DNA of 64,000 nucleotides from an uncultured virus (IMG/VR IMGVR_UViG_3300028581_001913) (lineage: Duplodnaviria > Heunggongvirae > Uroviricota > Caudoviricetes), in the IMG/VR virus record IMGVR_UViG_3300028581_001913, one strand, 5' to 3'. Positions within the stretch are counted from its first letter, which is position 1, and the number at the start of each line of letters is the position of its first letter. The notes under the pieces are model-generated. The model had not been told where the DNA came from. It saw nothing but the letters and a program-made list of their open reading frames with translations, and made no database searches. A program made the position numbers and the translations under genes. Shown here one piece after another: positions 1-10,056 of the stretch.

Positions 1-73
1 GCCTTTGTCTGTGCTTTTTTTCAACATCTTTGGAAAGTGTGATTCAGTGTCCGGGAACCACCACCCTTGGTAT

Positions 74-877
74 TCATGCACTCAGTATCTCCTCGGTTTG
101 TCTAAGTATGCGTTCTGCACGGCCGTTCTTGAATTCGTTTATGTGAAATTGGCCATAGGCCAAATGACATGCCCACTCACGTATTTGATCCTGGTCAGGA
201 AACCAAGGGTTGTCTATCCGGGTTAAATCTGTGTTGCTTACTGGACGTGCAGCGTTTGATGGTGCCAATGCAAACACAGGCACGCCTGCTAGGATGGCTT
301 CTGTGGCAGCTATGCTGTTGAACGTGACTACAGCATGCACATCATCCAAGGCTCGTTCCACGCGATTGGTTTTTCTATCCATGCGACTTCGGTTTCGTTC
401 ACGTATCACAATGGGCCTATCAGTATGTTGTTGTATTGTGGCCACAGTCTCTGCCAGCCAGGCATCAAGTTCTATGCCGTAAAATTTGCAAGGCTTTTCA
501 TCAGGTGCCACAATCAATACAGTGCTACCACGTCGACGATTGGCCACTTCCAGTCCCAGTTGATTCCAACGATCACTAGGCCGTGAAATAACTTGATCAT
601 GTTGCAGGTTGTTGAGCACAATTCTATGCCATACCTTCCATCCTTGTGGATTTTGATAGCCAGGACGATTGCCCAGGTAACCCGAATCCATGTACCTGAA
701 TGGTCTTTTGTCAGTCCAACACTGTTTGATAATTTTGTGTTTCATTATACCACGCAACATCAATGGCTCTGTGCTGTCCTCGTAGCGCCATGATTCCAAC
801 GGCGTGCTTTGCAAGCCTAATCCATGAGCATACATGTCAATGTATTCGTCGTCGCCATTCTTACTCAAAAATATCAT
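74..877 (-). CDS. Capsule-synthesis-like / glycosyltransferase-like protein
   Basis: 267-aa ORF. Motifs VVTFNSIAATEAILAGVPVF and WACHLAYGQF resemble capsule polysaccharide modification proteins. Paralogue of 1690..2544. Confidence 0.55.
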   Translation of the reverse strand: MIFLSKNGDDEYIDMYAHGLGLQSTPLESWRYEDSTEPLMLRGIMKHKIIKQCWTDKRPFRYMDSGYLGNRPGYQNPQGWKVWHRIVLNNLQHDQVISRPSDRWNQLGLEVANRRRGSTVLIVAPDEKPCKFYGIELDAWLAETVATIQQHTDRPIVIRERNRSRMDRKTNRVERALDDVHAVVTFNSIAATEAILAGVPVFALAPSNAARPVSNTDLTRIDNPWFPDQDQIREWACHLAYGQFHINEFKNGRAERILRQTEEILSA

Positions 878-1677
878 TGCCAGTATGCTTCTTGTCTGCG
901 CACTCGTAGGTCTGCAGGCCGGCTCTTGCCAGTGCTTTTTCGTGCGCCTTTGAGATGATCAATGTATGCACCCCATTCACAATTGATCAAGGGATGACCT
1001 TCGCCCATTTGCAAGTGTGCTGTCCAATTGAGTTCACGCAAGGCATGACGTTTTCTCACTGCATCAAACACATAGCTGTCATGCCATTCTTCCAAGGTGA
1101 ATATACCTTGTTCTGCATGATCATACATGTGTTGAAAATCTGCCAGCCAGGTCTTGACAGCAGGTTCAACCACATGCATGCCGTACAACCCACACTCGCT
1201 GAATTTTTTACTGCGGCCGGCAAAACAAATATCTGATGAATCTGGAAAAAACTCAGTCAGTTTGCCAGTGCTCATGGGTGAATGGCATACCATGTCAGCG
1301 TCCATCCAGATCAACCATTCAGTCTGACAATTTTGTGCGGCGTGAAATATGCTGTATACTTTGTGAGCAAAACGCACTGCATTCCATTTGAACGATTTGG
1401 CAGCATCTTTTCTGCGATTTCGAACAGGGTCTGACAGGATATTGCCATTTGCTCGGGGCACATCGCGCCAGGTGTTTTTGAATATGACAAGAGCTGTGCT
1501 GGCACTTTCTAAATCTAATACTTCAAGATTGGGTGCAGTTTCTGTGACACGACAACCTTCAGCATACACTTTGAGTAAAACATCTTGGGGCCACGTCTGC
1601 AAAAAAGTTTTGATCATTCGACGACCATAAGAGTTGTAGCCGTCGGCATTAAATGTGGTACATACAGTGTATTTCAT
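874..1677 (-). CDS. Putative nucleotide-sugar transferase (GT-A-like)
   Basis: DxD motif WLIWMDADM, plus HDSYVFD and YIDHLKG. Start moved to ATG 1677, 4 nt after a TAAATA element. Confidence 0.6.
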   Translation of the reverse strand: MKYTVCTTFNADGYNSYGRRMIKTFLQTWPQDVLLKVYAEGCRVTETAPNLEVLDLESASTALVIFKNTWRDVPRANGNILSDPVRNRRKDAAKSFKWNAVRFAHKVYSIFHAAQNCQTEWLIWMDADMVCHSPMSTGKLTEFFPDSSDICFAGRSKKFSECGLYGMHVVEPAVKTWLADFQHMYDHAEQGIFTLEEWHDSYVFDAVRKRHALRELNWTAHLQMGEGHPLINCEWGAYIDHLKGARKSTGKSRPADLRVRRQEAYWQ

Positions 1678-1689
1678 AGTGTATTTACA

Positions 1690-2544
1690 GTGATCAAAAG
1701 CATAGCCTATTTTCCTGCCCAGTGTGCATTGAATTCCAAGCCTGTGATGAGTGCATTCTTGGACTGCTGCCAAGCTGCGGGCATACAAACGCAAGAGAAC
1801 TCAATGACCGCTAACGCCGCAGTGATTTGGTCAGTGCTGTGGCATGGCAGAATGCGAGCCAATCGGGCAGTGTATGAACACTATCGCAGTCAAAACAAGC
1901 CTGTGATTGTGATAGATATTGGTGCGTTGTATCGCGGAACCACTTGGAAACTGGCAGTGAACCATATTACCAGAGATGGCTATTACGGGCATGAGTCAAA
2001 CTTAGACCGGGATCGTCCTAGACGATTGCAAATAAGTTTAGCCACACAGGTCAATCCTGGACCAGAAATTATCATTGCCGCACAGCACAAGAACAGCCTG
2101 CAAGTTGCCGGCATTGACAGTATGGAATCTTGGGTGTTGATGCAAATTCAACAACTACGCAATTCCACTGATCGTCCCATACGCATACGATCGCATCCAC
2201 GAAGCCCACTACGTATGCCATACTTGCCTGAGAATACCATGATGGAAGTTGCTAAACCCGTGGTCAACACCTACGACAGTTTTGACATGCACTTCAATTG
2301 CCATGCAGTTGTGAACCACAACTCAGGACCGGGTATACAAGCAGGTATTGCAGGATGCAGACCCATTGTGGCACACAGCAGCCTGGCCTATCCTGTAGCA
2401 GTGGGTATGCCCGACATTGAACAACCTTACACGATAGATAGAGAACTGTGGTTGGCAAAAATATGCCACACTGAATACACTGTGGAAGAACTAAGAGAAG
2501 GACTATGGCTAAAAAGAATCGAGCCCGCACTGTTGACAGCATAA
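1690..2544 (+). CDS. Capsule-synthesis-like protein
   Basis: GTG start. Motifs IRIRSHPR and VVNHNSGPGIQAGIAG. Paralogue of 74..877. Confidence 0.55.
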   Translation: MIKSIAYFPAQCALNSKPVMSAFLDCCQAAGIQTQENSMTANAAVIWSVLWHGRMRANRAVYEHYRSQNKPVIVIDIGALYRGTTWKLAVNHITRDGYYGHESNLDRDRPRRLQISLATQVNPGPEIIIAAQHKNSLQVAGIDSMESWVLMQIQQLRNSTDRPIRIRSHPRSPLRMPYLPENTMMEVAKPVVNTYDSFDMHFNCHAVVNHNSGPGIQAGIAGCRPIVAHSSLAYPVAVGMPDIEQPYTIDRELWLAKICHTEYTVEELREGLWLKRIEPALLTA

Positions 2545-3257
2545 CTGATTGTGCTTGTGTGATCCACGGCACTGGATATGACTGGGTGTATGTAGAAAAA
2601 CTCTACAACATGTTGAGCCGCAATTTACCACAAGGCATACGTTTTCATGTTTACACCGAAGCAGATAGGTCAGTGCCGCCACACATGATCAAGCATGAAC
2701 TAAAACTTTGGCCGGGCATTGGTGGACCAAAAAGGTCATGGTGGTACAAAATGCAACTGTTCAATGCCGAGCATCATCAGGGCAATTTGTTGTATTTTGA
2801 TTTAGATTGTGTGATTGTCAACGACCTGGGTTGGCTACCCGCACTCAGTACAGATTGTTTTTGGACCATAAAAGATTTTAGATATCTGCAAAGATCCACT
2901 CACATCAGTATGAACTCCAGCATCATGTGGTGGAATGTTAAAAAATTTTCCAAAGTATGGCAGGACTTTGATCAACTGGATATCAATCGTACCGTGACAC
3001 AGTACCAAGGAGATCAAGATTATCTCAATGTGGCCATAACTCCCCAGCAACGTAGATTTTTTGACACCAGCCGTATTCAAAGTTGGCGATGGCAAGTGGC
3101 CGACGGAGGTTATAATTTTTCTGCACGAAAACCCCATGCACCCGGTGCCGGGGCCAATGACTACATTGGCGGCGACACCAGCATACTGGTATTCCACGGC
3201 CGTCCCAAACCGCATGAATGCACTGCTGATCCTGTGATTGCAAACAACTGGTGTTAG
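2505..3257 (+). CDS. Putative glycosyltransferase (GT8-like)
   Basis: Motifs WWYKMQLF, LYFDLDCVI (DxD), GDQDYL and VFHGRPKPH. Confidence 0.65.
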   Translation: MAKKNRARTVDSITDCACVIHGTGYDWVYVEKLYNMLSRNLPQGIRFHVYTEADRSVPPHMIKHELKLWPGIGGPKRSWWYKMQLFNAEHHQGNLLYFDLDCVIVNDLGWLPALSTDCFWTIKDFRYLQRSTHISMNSSIMWWNVKKFSKVWQDFDQLDINRTVTQYQGDQDYLNVAITPQQRRFFDTSRIQSWRWQVADGGYNFSARKPHAPGAGANDYIGGDTSILVFHGRPKPHECTADPVIANNWC

Positions 3258-3304
3258 ATAATACTTTTGTAGTACTTGACCGATAATTCCCAAACTGCTA
3301 TAAT
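3258..3304 (+). promoter_or_regulatory. Degenerate palindrome plus sigma70-type early promoter
   Basis: ATAATACTTTTGTAGTAC, then TTGACC(3276)-17 nt-TATAAT(3299) with extended TG. Confidence 0.8.
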
Positions 3305-3334
3305 ACGGACATACCAAGCAAAAAGGAGTCTGCA

Positions 3335-3544
3335 ATGGGATATCGTGTAGTTGACACCATAGACATCATGCGTGACAAATACGGCCCTCGCAAGGGCTTG
3401 GAAGGTCCGTTCAATTTCTCAGGTCGTGTGTTGTATTATGACAACAAGACGGGCCAGTACTACGATCCTACTACTGACTTCTATGTGGAGCAGGCAGAAA
3501 TGGATGCTATCAACATCCGCTTTTTTGAACAGTTTAAAAAGTAA
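3335..3544 (+). CDS. Small early hypothetical protein
   Basis: 69 aa, AAGGAG SD, motif YYDNKTGQYYDPTTDFY. Confidence 0.7.
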   Translation: MGYRVVDTIDIMRDKYGPRKGLEGPFNFSGRVLYYDNKTGQYYDPTTDFYVEQAEMDAINIRFFEQFKK

Positions 3545-3597
3545 TACTTTTGTAGTACTACTTTTTGGTTGACCAACAATTCTTAAAATGCTATAAT
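3541..3597 (+). promoter_or_regulatory. Palindrome plus sigma70-type early promoter
   Basis: GTAATACT..AGTACTAC, then TTGACC(3569)-17-TATAAT(3592). Confidence 0.85.
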
Positions 3598-3626
3598 AAT
3601 GGTATACAAAGCAAAAAGGAGCCACA

Positions 3627-3809
3627 ATGCAGATCACCACAGCAATTAAACGTATACAAAAAGAAGCAGAGTTCCAGGGCATGGGCCTGTTGGAAACATT
3701 GCAAGACATCCAAAAGCACGGCAAGATGCTTTACTGTGAAAAAACAATGGAAGCGTTTGTTGTTTTTATGCAACAAGGGCAAGCATTGTTTGCCCCGGTT
3801 GACGAATAA
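3627..3809 (+). CDS. Small early hypothetical protein
   Basis: 60 aa with AAGGAG SD, downstream of the promoter. Confidence 0.65.
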   Translation: MQITTAIKRIQKEAEFQGMGLLETLQDIQKHGKMLYCEKTMEAFVVFMQQGQALFAPVDE

Positions 3810-3827
3810 TTAACAATTTGCTATAAT
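3799..3827 (+). promoter_or_regulatory. sigma70-type promoter
   Basis: TTGACG-17-TATAAT with extended TG. Confidence 0.75.
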
Positions 3828-3872
3828 AGAAAAATATAAACAGTAAACAACCGCATTTCAAAGGAGCCAACA

Positions 3873-4901
3873 ATGAGTGCAATTCGAGTTATCAAAGGTG
3901 TGTATCGCAACCGACCCGTGCGCAACATCGCTTTCAATCTTGTGTCAGGCTTTCAATCTGGCGCCAAAGGCAATTTCGTGACAGTAGAAAACAACGGCGC
4001 ATTTCCCAACTGCCCCGACACCATCCGTATCAAAGTCAACAACATTAGCGACATCGAGTATGTCAATGGAGAAGCAGTGAGCAAAGAAAATACAGTGGCA
4101 TTCGTTGCCCCCCAAGCAGAAGCAGAAACAGAAGAACAAATCATGACACGTATTCGTGAGCGTTTTGACATCTTGCATGAGATGACAAAGGCCTGTGTGA
4201 ATGGTGACATCCGTGCTATGATTGTGTCAGGTCCTCCTGGAGTTGGCAAATCGTTTGGCGTTGAGCAAGAAATTGAAAAGGCCACATTGTTTGACAAACT
4301 GGCAGGCAAGCGCCTTCGTGCCGAAGTTGTGAAAGGTTCAGCAACACCCATTGGCTTGTACCAAACCCTGTACAAATACTCAGACAGTAATTGTGTGTTG
4401 GTGTTTGATGACTGTGACAGCATCTTGCTTGACGACGTGGCCTTGAACTTGCTGAAGGGTGCCTTGGACTCGGGTAAAAAGCGCACTATTTCGTGGTTGA
4501 GTGAATCCAGTGCTCTGCGCCGTGAAGGCATCCCAGATCGTTTCGAGTTCAAAGGTAGTGTAATTTTTATTACCAACTTGAAGTTTGATGGTATGAAATC
4601 GCAAAAATTGCGTGATCACTTGGATGCATTGCAGTCACGCTGTCACTACCTGGACTTGACACTTGACACCATGCGTGACAAAGTGTTGCGTATCAAGCAG
4701 ATTGCCAAGGACGGTGTGTTGTTCCAAGAGTATGATTTTGAACCCTGTGTGCAAGACGAGATTGTTGAGTTCATGGAAGCCAATCAAAATCGCCTGCGTG
4801 AGATGAGCCTGCGTATGGCCCTGAAGATTGCAGACTTGCGCAAGAGCTTTGAAGGCAACTGGAAGCGCATGGCTGAGACTACATGTATGAAGAGTGCCTG
4901 A
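3873..4901 (+). CDS. AAA+ / P-loop ATPase
   Basis: Walker A GPPGVGKS, Walker B VLVFDDCD, and ALQSR arginine-finger-like motif. Confidence 0.8.
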   Translation: MSAIRVIKGVYRNRPVRNIAFNLVSGFQSGAKGNFVTVENNGAFPNCPDTIRIKVNNISDIEYVNGEAVSKENTVAFVAPQAEAETEEQIMTRIRERFDILHEMTKACVNGDIRAMIVSGPPGVGKSFGVEQEIEKATLFDKLAGKRLRAEVVKGSATPIGLYQTLYKYSDSNCVLVFDDCDSILLDDVALNLLKGALDSGKKRTISWLSESSALRREGIPDRFEFKGSVIFITNLKFDGMKSQKLRDHLDALQSRCHYLDLTLDTMRDKVLRIKQIAKDGVLFQEYDFEPCVQDEIVEFMEANQNRLREMSLRMALKIADLRKSFEGNWKRMAETTCMKSA

Positions 4902-4902
4902 C

Positions 4903-4995
4903 ATGGCCTGGATTGGAGTGCTCATTGTAGTACTGTTAGGTGAACTGGGATGGGCACTGTTTTTGACTGCAATAATTTTATTATTTGGTGATTGA
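4903..4995 (+). CDS. Small hydrophobic membrane peptide (30 aa)
   Basis: MAWIGVLIVVLLGELGWALFLTAIILLFGD, read directly after the ATPase stop. Below the ORF-track cutoff. Confidence 0.45.
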   Translation: MAWIGVLIVVLLGELGWALFLTAIILLFGD

Positions 4996-5036
4996 GTTTT
5001 ACCCCGGGGATTGGTTGGCTCCGCCCCGAGTTTTAC

Positions 5037-5062
5037 ACAGGGACTTCGGTCCCTGTTTTTTT
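5037..5062 (+). terminator. Intrinsic terminator
   Basis: ACAGGGAC-TTCG-GTCCCTGT followed by a T run. Confidence 0.85.
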
Positions 5063-5096
5063 GACTTTTACTCCTGCATGTGCTACTATATACAAC

Positions 5097-6566
5097 ATGA
5101 AACAATGCACCATACAAATACGTGATGAAGTAAACATCAAGATTGAAGGACTAGATTTGGATGCTCGCAAGGCACTAGTCAATGCTTTCAAATATGAAAA
5201 CCCTGCCGCACGTTATTTGCCAGCAGTGCGACTGGGACGGTGGGATGGCAAGGTGGCATATTTCCAACTGGGTGGATCAACTTATGTGAACCTGTTGCCT
5301 GAGATCATGCCCATCCTGGAACGGTTGGACTATGACATTGAACTAGACGACCAGCGTGACTACTCAAACACGTTCAACTTTGAACAGGTGAGTGAAATAA
5401 GTTTTGAGCATGTGAAATGGTCCAAGACTCATCCTGCCGCAGGCAAACCCGTCATGTTGCGTGATTATCAAGTGGAGATCATCAACAACTTTTTGGCCAA
5501 TCCACAGTGTATACAAGAAGTGGCCACTGGTGCAGGCAAAACAATTATGACAGCAGCCTTGAGCAATGCTGTCACCCCTTATGGACGTTCAATTGTTATT
5601 GTGCCCAACAAGAGTCTTGTGACACAGACCGAAGCAGACTACATCAACATGCAACAAGATGTTGGTGTGTACTTTGGAGACAGAAAAGAATATGGACGTC
5701 AACACACCATATGCACATGGCAAAGTCTAAACAACCTGTTGAAAAATACCAAAGCTGGCATAGGCGACTGCACCATAGGCGAGTTTCTTGAAGATGTGGT
5801 GTGCGTGATTGTGGACGAAGTACACATGGCCAAAGCAGATGCACTCAAAACCTTGCTCACAGGCGTAATGGCCCGAGTGCCAATTCGCTGGGGGTTGACA
5901 GGAACTGTGCCCAAAGAGAAGTTTGAAAGCCAAGCACTGCTGGTCAGCCTAGGGCCTGTGATTGGCCGGCTAAGTGCCAGCGAACTGCAACAACAAGGTG
6001 TGTTGGCCAACTGTCATGTGAACATTGTGCAGTTGATTGATCATGTGGAGTACAAGGACTATCAAAGCGAACTCAAATACCTTCTTGAAGAGTCTGGCAG
6101 ACTGGACACCATGGCAGATCTTGTGCGTCAAGTAAATGAAACAGGCAACACCTTGGTTTTAGTGGACCGTACTGAGTGCGGTAGACAACTGGTGGAACGC
6201 ATGGGCGACCGTGCAGTTTTTGTATCAGGTGCAACCAAAACAAAAAACAGACAAGCAGAATATGATCAAGTGGCTGATGCAACCGATAAAATTATTGTGG
6301 CAACTTATGGCGTTGCTGCCGTGGGTATTAATATTCCTAGGATTTTTAATCTTGTGCTTGTTGAACCTGGCAAGAGTTTTGTGCGTGTCATTCAGTCAAT
6401 TGGTCGTGGTATACGCAAAGCAGAAGACAAAGACCATGTTCAGATTTGGGATGTAACATCAACGTGCAAATTTGCCAAGCGTCACTTGACCAAGCGCAAA
6501 CAGTTTTACAAGGAAGCCAACTATCCATTCACACAAGAGAAGTTGGATTGGATGAAAATAATATGA
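5097..6566 (+). CDS. uvsW: UvsW-like SF2 DNA helicase
   Basis: LRDYQ, ATGAGKT, VDEVH, GLTGT and QSIGRGIR motifs. ATG 5097 follows TTGACT-17-TACTAT. Confidence 0.85.
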   Translation: MKQCTIQIRDEVNIKIEGLDLDARKALVNAFKYENPAARYLPAVRLGRWDGKVAYFQLGGSTYVNLLPEIMPILERLDYDIELDDQRDYSNTFNFEQVSEISFEHVKWSKTHPAAGKPVMLRDYQVEIINNFLANPQCIQEVATGAGKTIMTAALSNAVTPYGRSIVIVPNKSLVTQTEADYINMQQDVGVYFGDRKEYGRQHTICTWQSLNNLLKNTKAGIGDCTIGEFLEDVVCVIVDEVHMAKADALKTLLTGVMARVPIRWGLTGTVPKEKFESQALLVSLGPVIGRLSASELQQQGVLANCHVNIVQLIDHVEYKDYQSELKYLLEESGRLDTMADLVRQVNETGNTLVLVDRTECGRQLVERMGDRAVFVSGATKTKNRQAEYDQVADATDKIIVATYGVAAVGINIPRIFNLVLVEPGKSFVRVIQSIGRGIRKAEDKDHVQIWDVTSTCKFAKRHLTKRKQFYKEANYPFTQEKLDWMKII

Positions 6567-7288
6567 AGTACGACATTATAGTATGCGGTGACAGTTACAG
6601 TTCTGCACTGCACAATGGCAATGCTCGTGACAGAGTGAGAGACCATTACAGTCAGTTGTTGCAAGACATCTACGGCTACAAAGTACTGTGTCTGGCACGT
6701 GGAGGCATGAGCAACGCAGGAATTTGTTTTCAAATGCGTGAAGCAATTGAGATAGGCTGCAATTTCTTGTTGTATCATAACACCTGGAGCTCAAGGATAA
6801 ATCTTATATTGAACGACAATTTCTATCTTGGCCACGGTTTGAAAAATTTTGTTTATCCATTTGTGGCAGATGAAAGCAGTTATTGTGAATGGGTGGGACA
6901 CAATGTTGAGCACACTTCGTCCAAGGGTGTTCAATATCCTGAAAACCGGGCAGCAATACTGAGCACAGTGCCCCAAGGACTAGATTGCCCGGACGGGGCA
7001 CTGACGTTGACCGATAACCAATTACTGGCTGTGAAGTTTTACTTCGCACACTTTCACAATGAAGGTTTTCAACAAGAAATTGACAGTTGGGGATTTTCTC
7101 ATTGGCATGCTGCGGCTGAAAAAGCTGGCATCATACCTATCAACATGAAATCTGCTATAGGGCAACCCATGTTTGACTATGTGAGCAAAGGCACCATTGA
7201 CGATGACAATCCCTATCACACTGATCGGGTCACACAACACACAGTGGCTGAAAATGTACACAAACATATATGTTCACTGATCTCTTGA
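6563..7288 (+). CDS. GDS-motif (SGNH-hydrolase-like) protein
   Basis: N-terminal VCGDSYS, LARGGMSN and C-terminal PYHT. ATGA overlap with the helicase. Confidence 0.5.
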   Translation: MKYDIIVCGDSYSSALHNGNARDRVRDHYSQLLQDIYGYKVLCLARGGMSNAGICFQMREAIEIGCNFLLYHNTWSSRINLILNDNFYLGHGLKNFVYPFVADESSYCEWVGHNVEHTSSKGVQYPENRAAILSTVPQGLDCPDGALTLTDNQLLAVKFYFAHFHNEGFQQEIDSWGFSHWHAAAEKAGIIPINMKSAIGQPMFDYVSKGTIDDDNPYHTDRVTQHTVAENVHKHICSLIS

Positions 7289-7319
7289 CCTTTGATGCCA
7301 GATCCTGTATTATAACAAC

Positions 7320-7820
7320 ATGCGAATTTTAACCTTAGACAACATCCATTACGACCTAGATCACCTGCCCGAAGAAGTAGATGACATGAGGTTTGCCATA
7401 TTGGACAATTCCAATCCTCAAGAACCAGACTATCATTTTATTCCACTAATTTTTTTAGAGAGTTTCAACGCACCTGCACTTGTGTTACGCATTGGTGAGA
7501 ACACAATAAAGATGCCCATGGACTGGCAAATACTCATAGGTGAACCCGAAGTAGGTGATCTAGAAGTGTTGCCATTGACATCAATCAATGATCGTGGCTT
7601 TAAAGTGTTTCAATTCAATCCACTCACCAGTTTCCGTCCCAGCTTTCCTGACATTGAAATATTAGATGTATATCATGAAGTATCGTGGTATGCACCCAAA
7701 TTAAAGAATGGTCAATTACTTTCGGTGCCACTTAACGATGATCCCGATCCTGACTGTGTGTACTTTGTGAAAGACATCAGTCGCAACTGTGAGATTGTGG
7801 ACTACAACAAATCATGGTGA
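7320..7820 (+). CDS. Phage hypothetical protein
   Basis: 166-aa ORF directly after TTGACC(7285)-17-TATTAT. Confidence 0.7.
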   Translation: MRILTLDNIHYDLDHLPEEVDDMRFAILDNSNPQEPDYHFIPLIFLESFNAPALVLRIGENTIKMPMDWQILIGEPEVGDLEVLPLTSINDRGFKVFQFNPLTSFRPSFPDIEILDVYHEVSWYAPKLKNGQLLSVPLNDDPDPDCVYFVKDISRNCEIVDYNKSW

Positions 7821-7823
7821 TGC

Positions 7824-7970
7824 ATGCCTTATACTGAATCCGAACTGTTTGAAAACTTGACTCGCTTGGTAAAAATTTACATAGAAAGTTATCCAGAGGA
7901 CCGGGAAGGACTAGAACGTTTCCTGCGCTGGGCACACACTCAATATGGTTACCGGTATGGGCAATCTTAA
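7824..7970 (+). CDS. Small hypothetical protein (48 aa)
   Basis: MPYTESELFENLTRLVKIY...; fills the gap between neighbouring genes. Confidence 0.45.
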   Translation: MPYTESELFENLTRLVKIYIESYPEDREGLERFLRWAHTQYGYRYGQS

Positions 7971-8256
7971 AACCGGTGCTATCTACATTTATGAGCGTGT
8001 GGGCAATGAAGTGTATGCCCGTGAGTCTGGTGCTGAGCCCAGTACCCGACGGTTGATGGGCTATGCATATGATCCAGTAAACGGACATCACGTTGATTAT
8101 GACAAACGCACCAGTGATGGTAGACCCTTGTTTGATCACATGCAGGAAGATAAAATGTGGGGCGAAATTCGGCGCATGGCCCGGACCAGTCCTGCTTTAC
8201 AAGATGCGTTAGAACGTGCTATAATGATATACAAATTAATCAAAGTGGAGAAATGA
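7957..8256 (+). CDS. Phage hypothetical protein
   Basis: MGNLKTGAIYIYERVG..., in operon context. Confidence 0.65.
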   Translation: MGNLKTGAIYIYERVGNEVYARESGAEPSTRRLMGYAYDPVNGHHVDYDKRTSDGRPLFDHMQEDKMWGEIRRMARTSPALQDALERAIMIYKLIKVEK

Positions 8257-8936
8257 AACAAAATATTAATCCTTACAATCCTGAACAATTTAAAAAACAA
8301 TTTGAATTTACAGATATATGCCGTAGTGTGGCCAAAGACTTTGATAATTTATGGTGGGATCAACCAACTAAATTTTTTGATAATATCACTCCTAGACAAC
8401 TTCTAGCTACTAATAATGTAGGATTCTCTATGATACCATTTTATTATTTGCTGCCTCTGTTGGCAAAAAATCCAGTCTCAATATATGATCTAGGTTGTGG
8501 AGCCAACATGTTTAAAAAATATATTCCTAATATTATTGGAGTCGATAAAAGCCATAATCAAATTGGCCGCCAATTTGATATAGAAGATCAAGTCGATACA
8601 GAATATGTTAAAAATCATCAGGATTATTTTGAGTCAGTGTTTTCGATCAATGCCTTGCATTTTAGACCTCTGACAGAAATTCGATTGGTCTGCAAAGAAT
8701 TTATCAGTATGATAGCACCAGGCGGTCGAGGATTTCTTTCTCTAAATCTTCAACGTATGGTAGAAAAAGAAACAATAACAATTGTTAAGTTAGATGAAGA
8801 TAGAAAAAAATTTTATGACAATTATGTGAGGAATCAATTACATAATTTGCCTTGCAAGTATTTAATATTTGATGTGAATTTAGATCCGTTAGATGATTGG
8901 CTGGATGGCAATGTTAGACTGGTATTTGAAAGATGA
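8253..8936 (+). CDS. Class I SAM-dependent methyltransferase (AT-rich insert)
   Basis: IYDLGCG, FSINALHF and IAPGGRG motifs. Confidence 0.7.
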   Translation: MKQNINPYNPEQFKKQFEFTDICRSVAKDFDNLWWDQPTKFFDNITPRQLLATNNVGFSMIPFYYLLPLLAKNPVSIYDLGCGANMFKKYIPNIIGVDKSHNQIGRQFDIEDQVDTEYVKNHQDYFESVFSINALHFRPLTEIRLVCKEFISMIAPGGRGFLSLNLQRMVEKETITIVKLDEDRKKFYDNYVRNQLHNLPCKYLIFDVNLDPLDDWLDGNVRLVFER

Positions 8937-9385
8937 GCAATCAACTTAACATTGTGAATGAGATGCGACAACTGGATCGTAAGAACAGAAACTTCTATCG
9001 TGAACTCTCAGATGAAGAACGCAAGAAGTTTTCCAACTATCTCATGATTCGTTGGGCCAGCTGTGTGCAAGGTAGCCGGGACTTGCAAGAGTTTTATTTG
9101 ATCTCCACCAACGAACGATTGAACAAACACTTTTTTAACATCAGTCGGCATCCTGAACTGCAATGGCTGTGTGCCACAACGGTGAGTCCAGACATGGGCA
9201 CACCCAGACACAATTGGATCTCGCCCAAGAAAAAAGAAACGGGTGCAGGAGCAAGTGCTATCAAAAAGCAGTTGGCCGAGTTGTTTCCCACCTACAAAGA
9301 AGATGAAATAGCCATGCTGGCCTCAATGACCACAAAGAAAGAACTAGATCAACACATCCGAGACCATGGCCGAGACACTAAGTGA
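8933..9385 (+). CDS. Clamp-loader small subunit-like (T4 gp62-like)
   Basis: KKFSNYLMIRWAS and HNWISPKKK resemble gp62-family motifs. Replication-gene context. Confidence 0.55.
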   Translation: MSNQLNIVNEMRQLDRKNRNFYRELSDEERKKFSNYLMIRWASCVQGSRDLQEFYLISTNERLNKHFFNISRHPELQWLCATTVSPDMGTPRHNWISPKKKETGAGASAIKKQLAELFPTYKEDEIAMLASMTTKKELDQHIRDHGRDTK

Positions 9386-10055
9386 ATTCACTTGCGGCTA
9401 CTGCAAGAAAACATTTCGACGTGCAGAAAGTCTTGTGGTGCACATGTGTGAGCCCAAACGTCGCAGATCAGAACGCAGTGAACGTGGTGTCGAACTGGGT
9501 TTTCAATCCTACTTGAGATTTTATGAAATTGCACAAGGCAGTGCCAGACTCAAAACATACGATGACTTTGCAGACTCACCTTACTACCGAGCATTTGTAA
9601 AGTTTGGTAGATACTGTGTGGCCACCCGGGCAATTAATCCTGCACAGTTCACGGCCTGGTTGTTGAAACACAACAAAAAAATTGACAACTGGGGTAGTGA
9701 CAAAATCTACACCGAGTACCTGTTGGACTATTTGAAAGTTGAAGCAGTGGCAGACGCACTAGCACGAGCAGTGGAGTTTGGTATAGACTGGAGTGAGAAA
9801 CACTCAGCTCCCGCCAATGATTGTTTGCGCTACGGCAGCACTCATGCCATGTGCCATGCTGTCACAACAGGACGCATTAGCCCTTGGGTGATTTATAATT
9901 GTGAGTCAGGACAGAAGTTTTTGGGCGAACTCACAGCAGACCAAGTGGCCATGATCTGGCCTTATATAGATTCAGACATATGGCAAAAGAAGTTCTCAGA
10001 CTATGCCGCAGACGCTGAATATGCTCGAGAAATTTTGAGACAAGCAGGATGGTAA
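9366..10055 (+). CDS. C2H2-like zinc-finger phage protein
   Basis: N-terminal FTCGYCKKTF...HMC. Confidence 0.6.
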   Translation: MAETLSEFTCGYCKKTFRRAESLVVHMCEPKRRRSERSERGVELGFQSYLRFYEIAQGSARLKTYDDFADSPYYRAFVKFGRYCVATRAINPAQFTAWLLKHNKKIDNWGSDKIYTEYLLDYLKVEAVADALARAVEFGIDWSEKHSAPANDCLRYGSTHAMCHAVTTGRISPWVIYNCESGQKFLGELTADQVAMIWPYIDSDIWQKKFSDYAADAEYAREILRQAGW

Positions 10056-10056
10056 T

